From NCBI GenBank assembly GCA_040752695.1, contig JBFMGO010000083.1:1-27582 (forward strand): 27,582 bases of DNA, given 5' to 3'. The position numbers and the translations under genes were made by a program. Positions 25,062 to 27,582 of the stretch are shown piece by piece. Numbering within the stretch: the stretch's first letter is position 1; each line of letters begins with the position of its first letter. The stretch is from a bacterium (lineage in GTDB: Bacteria > SZUA-182 > DTGQ01). The notes under the pieces are model-generated. The model did no database searches and was not told the DNA's origin. It saw nothing but the letters and a program-made list of their open reading frames with translations.

Positions 25062-26603
25062 CTATTCGTTATCTTTTTTCCCCCATTTTTTCTTTAATGG
25101 TGGAAGCACCAATAAGCTCGTGAAGAAAAGCAGTGCAGTTGATGGCACCGGGACAGGGGCAGCTTCATTCATTACTCCAAAAACAGCAGTGTTATCGACA
25201 TACTGGCCAGTCCAACTGCTGTCAAGACCATATATCGCGGCCAGATTGCCGTCCGTACCGACAACGTATTTTTCGAAAAGATCGCTTCCAGCGCCTTTGG
25301 CGAAAAGGGGTACCAGTGCGTTGGTGTGACCGGTGGAGAAAAATTCCCCGCCGGGGAGGTTGCCCGCTCCGTTGTCTACGATCTGCTTGTAAGCAAGGAA
25401 GGTATCGATTCCGCTGTCATAAATCCCATTATCATTATTGTCGATAAATTCCAGACCGCCGGTTCCCCACAGGTGTCCGCACTCGTGGTCAGCGGTGACG
25501 ATCAAAAGGGTCTCGTCCCAACTGCTGTTCATGGTAACCCAATCAACAACAGCCTGCACCGAACTGTCAAAGTCGATCTGCTCTTCGATCATGCGGCCCA
25601 GTTGATTGGCATGATTCGCCCAGTCAACGGCACCACCCTCGATCATTACGGCAAAACCGTTCGGGTTGTTGTCGAGCACGTTCAAAGCTGCCTTGGTCAT
25701 GGTCTCCAGGGTGGGCACATGGGCATTCAGGGGATCATCATAAGGCGCATCGCCCGTATTGTAGCCGTTTCGTGATTGCTGCAAGGTGGTGTTGATCTGG
25801 GCAACGCCCAGCAGCTTGTCCGGATTGGATGTGCCGTTGGCCACGGCTTCGAAGCCTGCCTTGGTATCCACATAAGTCCACCCATTTGGTGCGCCGTCTT
25901 TGATATCGTTCCAGGTTGCGGTGCCGCCGACATAATTATCGGTTCGTGATGGGTCGTATGCTCCATTGTCGTCGTAATCACCGTGGCCTGCACCCATGAG
26001 CACTTTCAGGTTGCCGTTGTAATTCTGTGCATCATAGTAAGCATTATGTGAATTGGCGTTGCTTCCGTAGATTCCCTCGTTGGATATCTCGGCGTAGTTA
26101 TTTCGGGAGGTGTTATGGGCATAGACAGCGGCAGGGGTGGCGTGAGAAAACTCAACGCTGGAGACAGCACCGACGCTCTTGCCAACCATGGCAGCATTTT
26201 CGAAATAGGTAGTGATAGGCTGTCCGGTGGTCGTCATATTGATCACACCGTCATAAATCTTCTGGCCGGTATACATGGCTGTTGCGGCCGAGGCAGAGTC
26301 GGTGGCTCCGGATTTGGCATAGTCGAAATCTGCCGCCATTCCGGCAGAGCTATAACCAGCAGGGTTATTGGCCGAGTTTGTCTTCATAGCGTACTTGACG
26401 TCAAAATCCTCGTAGACTGCGGTTGAACCCGTGTAGTAGTTGGTAGCTTGAATGGTATTGAATCCCTGACCGTCGCTGATCATTAATATAATGTTCTTGG
26501 GGCGCTCTGCAAGAGAAGCACAAAGAGCGGTATTCACTGATAAAACGAATAAAAATGCACCTGCTGATAATCCTAAGAATATCTTAGCCGTTTTCCCTCT
26601 CAT
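25062..26603 (-). CDS. phoA: Alkaline phosphatase (PhoA family), secreted, with PEP-CTERM-like sorting tail
   Basis: ATG 26603 after GAAGGAG; signal peptide; ILMISDGQG, TDSASAATA (catalytic Ser), HATPA, EGGAVDWANH, TADHE, GHTN; tail VPVPSTALLFFTSLLVLPPLKKKWGKK. Confidence 0.9.
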   Translation of the reverse strand: MRGKTAKIFLGLSAGAFLFVLSVNTALCASLAERPKNIILMISDGQGFNTIQATNYYTGSTAVYEDFDVKYAMKTNSANNPAGYSSAGMAADFDYAKSGATDSASAATAMYTGQKIYDGVINMTTTGQPITTYFENAAMVGKSVGAVSSVEFSHATPAAVYAHNTSRNNYAEISNEGIYGSNANSHNAYYDAQNYNGNLKVLMGAGHGDYDDNGAYDPSRTDNYVGGTATWNDIKDGAPNGWTYVDTKAGFEAVANGTSNPDKLLGVAQINTTLQQSRNGYNTGDAPYDDPLNAHVPTLETMTKAALNVLDNNPNGFAVMIEGGAVDWANHANQLGRMIEEQIDFDSSVQAVVDWVTMNSSWDETLLIVTADHECGHLWGTGGLEFIDNNDNGIYDSGIDTFLAYKQIVDNGAGNLPGGEFFSTGHTNALVPLFAKGAGSDLFEKYVVGTDGNLAAIYGLDSSWTGQYVDNTAVFGVMNEAAPVPVPSTALLFFTSLLVLPPLKKKWGKKDNE

Positions 26604-26989
26604 TACTTTTTTCTCCTTCGTACAAACCATAAAATACCCATTGCCCTGCTGAGGCGGGTCTTTGGTATTTGACTTTTCCTTCAGCAACTTACTTAAGCGT
26701 GTAGCGGATATTGGAAAGATGTCCAAATTGGTAAGGAATTACTCGTACGACCGGTAATGCTTATCTTGTTCCCCTCTTATCACCACCTTTCTTTTTTCAC
26801 TCCCCCCATACTGAAGCTTAGGTGCTACGGTTGCAGGTATTCCCTGCTGCGGGTATGAAAAACAGTTATAAAAAAATCAGGTCTCCCTGCGAGGATATCG
26901 AATGACAGTATTCTTTAAGAGACAACAGGATAGAAGAAAAGGGGACGATCAGCTTTTTGCTGCTTTTTGCTCCCCTCATGTATAAGTTG

Positions 26990-27165
26990 CCAGGGCACAC
27001 GATATTGCCGGAATCGGTGAAAGCCGCTTGATCCGTAGAACCTATCCCAAAACCCCATTTAGGGTAACTGGTTTACCGTCTGCCGGAGGTTTTGGGATGA
27101 CCTCTTAGTTATTCGCACAAAAGCGAGCCTATCAAGCACTAGGACGATTCCTCGGTTATCCTTGG
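26990..27165. other. Long nested inverted-repeat element (candidate ncRNA or leader) with an embedded MITE-like inverted repeat
   Basis: Nested pairings CCAGGG/CCTTGG, GATA..CCG/CGG..TATC, GAATCG/CGATTC, GCTTGAT/ATCAAGC, ATCCCAAAACC/GGTTTTGGGAT; GNRA hairpin CGGT-GAAA-GCCG. Confidence 0.5.
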
Positions 27166-27373
27166 AGAGAGAATAGTATAAAATGATTAGGTGAGTTTTA
27201 AGATAAGCTTAATTATTTGTTCATTTTTTATTAAAATTACGCAAAATTTGCAATGGCTTGAGCGCAGTGTAATTTCACCATCTCTGCACATCACCAAAAA
27301 AAATCTGAACCTGCCGAGATGTCCTGCCGATAAGATCATGAGAGGTTAGGAAATCTTCATGATTAAGTTTTCG

Positions 27374-27403
27374 TTGACAATGATAACTTAACTGAATTAT
27401 AAT
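27374..27403 (+). promoter_or_regulatory. Consensus sigma70 promoter for the last gene
   Basis: TTGACA (27374-27379), 18-nt spacer, TATAAT (27398-27403). Confidence 0.75.
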
Positions 27404-27461
27404 ATTCTTTATACTTTATCAACTAAACCCTTTAACCTCTATTTCGTTGAGAATGCTTACA

Positions 27462-27582
27462 ATGTCAAAAAAAAAGCTTATTATTCCCGTCCTCCTTTGC
27501 CTCCTTTCATTTACCCCTGTGGCTGGCCGTGCAGATGACCGGGCCGGTCAGTATTTTAAAACCGGAGTTTTCTCTTACGATA
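27462..27582 (+). CDS. 5' end of a secreted protein, truncated by the window edge
   Basis: MSKKKLIIPVLLCLLSFTPVAGRADDRAGQYFKTGVFSYD: typical Sec signal peptide (ending GRA), frame open to the window end, downstream of a consensus promoter. Confidence 0.65.
   Translation, partial: MSKKKLIIPVLLCLLSFTPVAGRADDRAGQYFKTGVFSYD

Noticed and set aside
26895..26925. Pho box upstream of phoA
   Set aside because: Only one CTGTCAT half-site (minus strand, 26902-26908); no second repeat at 11-bp spacing.
27005..27036. Group II intron domain V (GCCGGAATCGGTGAAAGCCGC...) or cobalamin riboswitch core
   Set aside because: The resemblance is limited to the GAAA hairpin. The AGC/CGC triad, domain VI, an RT gene and the B12 box are all missing.

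Overview
Chromosomal window from a bacterium whose gene content suggests an anaerobe. In order: the end of a type II fatty-acid cluster (fabG partial, fabZ, fabI, Sfp-type PPTase); an orphan leuA homologue with substituted active-site residues; a MntA/HepT toxin-antitoxin pair; a minus-strand complex I-like operon nuoA-B-C-D-H-I-J-K-M-N that lacks nuoEFG and nuoL; a divergently transcribed 1324-aa secreted multiheme cytochrome (25 heme motifs, internal duplication, C-terminal dockerin-like domain); a minus-strand run of acyltransferase-3, maf, DUF1611-like protein, AstE/AspA-family deacylase, pckA and udp; a PEP-CTERM-like alkaline phosphatase; a structured intergenic element; and the start of a secreted protein. 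The strongest hidden signal is in nuoB. The ORF track truncates it, but it really starts at 12538 and has an in-frame TGA exactly at the first Cys of the tandem CC ligands of Fe-S cluster N2 (FGTA-U-CAIEM), followed by a SECIS-like hairpin, so it is a predicted selenocysteine-containing NuoB. The second highlight is the dockerin-tagged giant cytochrome, which suggests a cohesin-scaffolded extracellular electron-transfer assembly. All calls come from reading motifs by eye; no searches were run.
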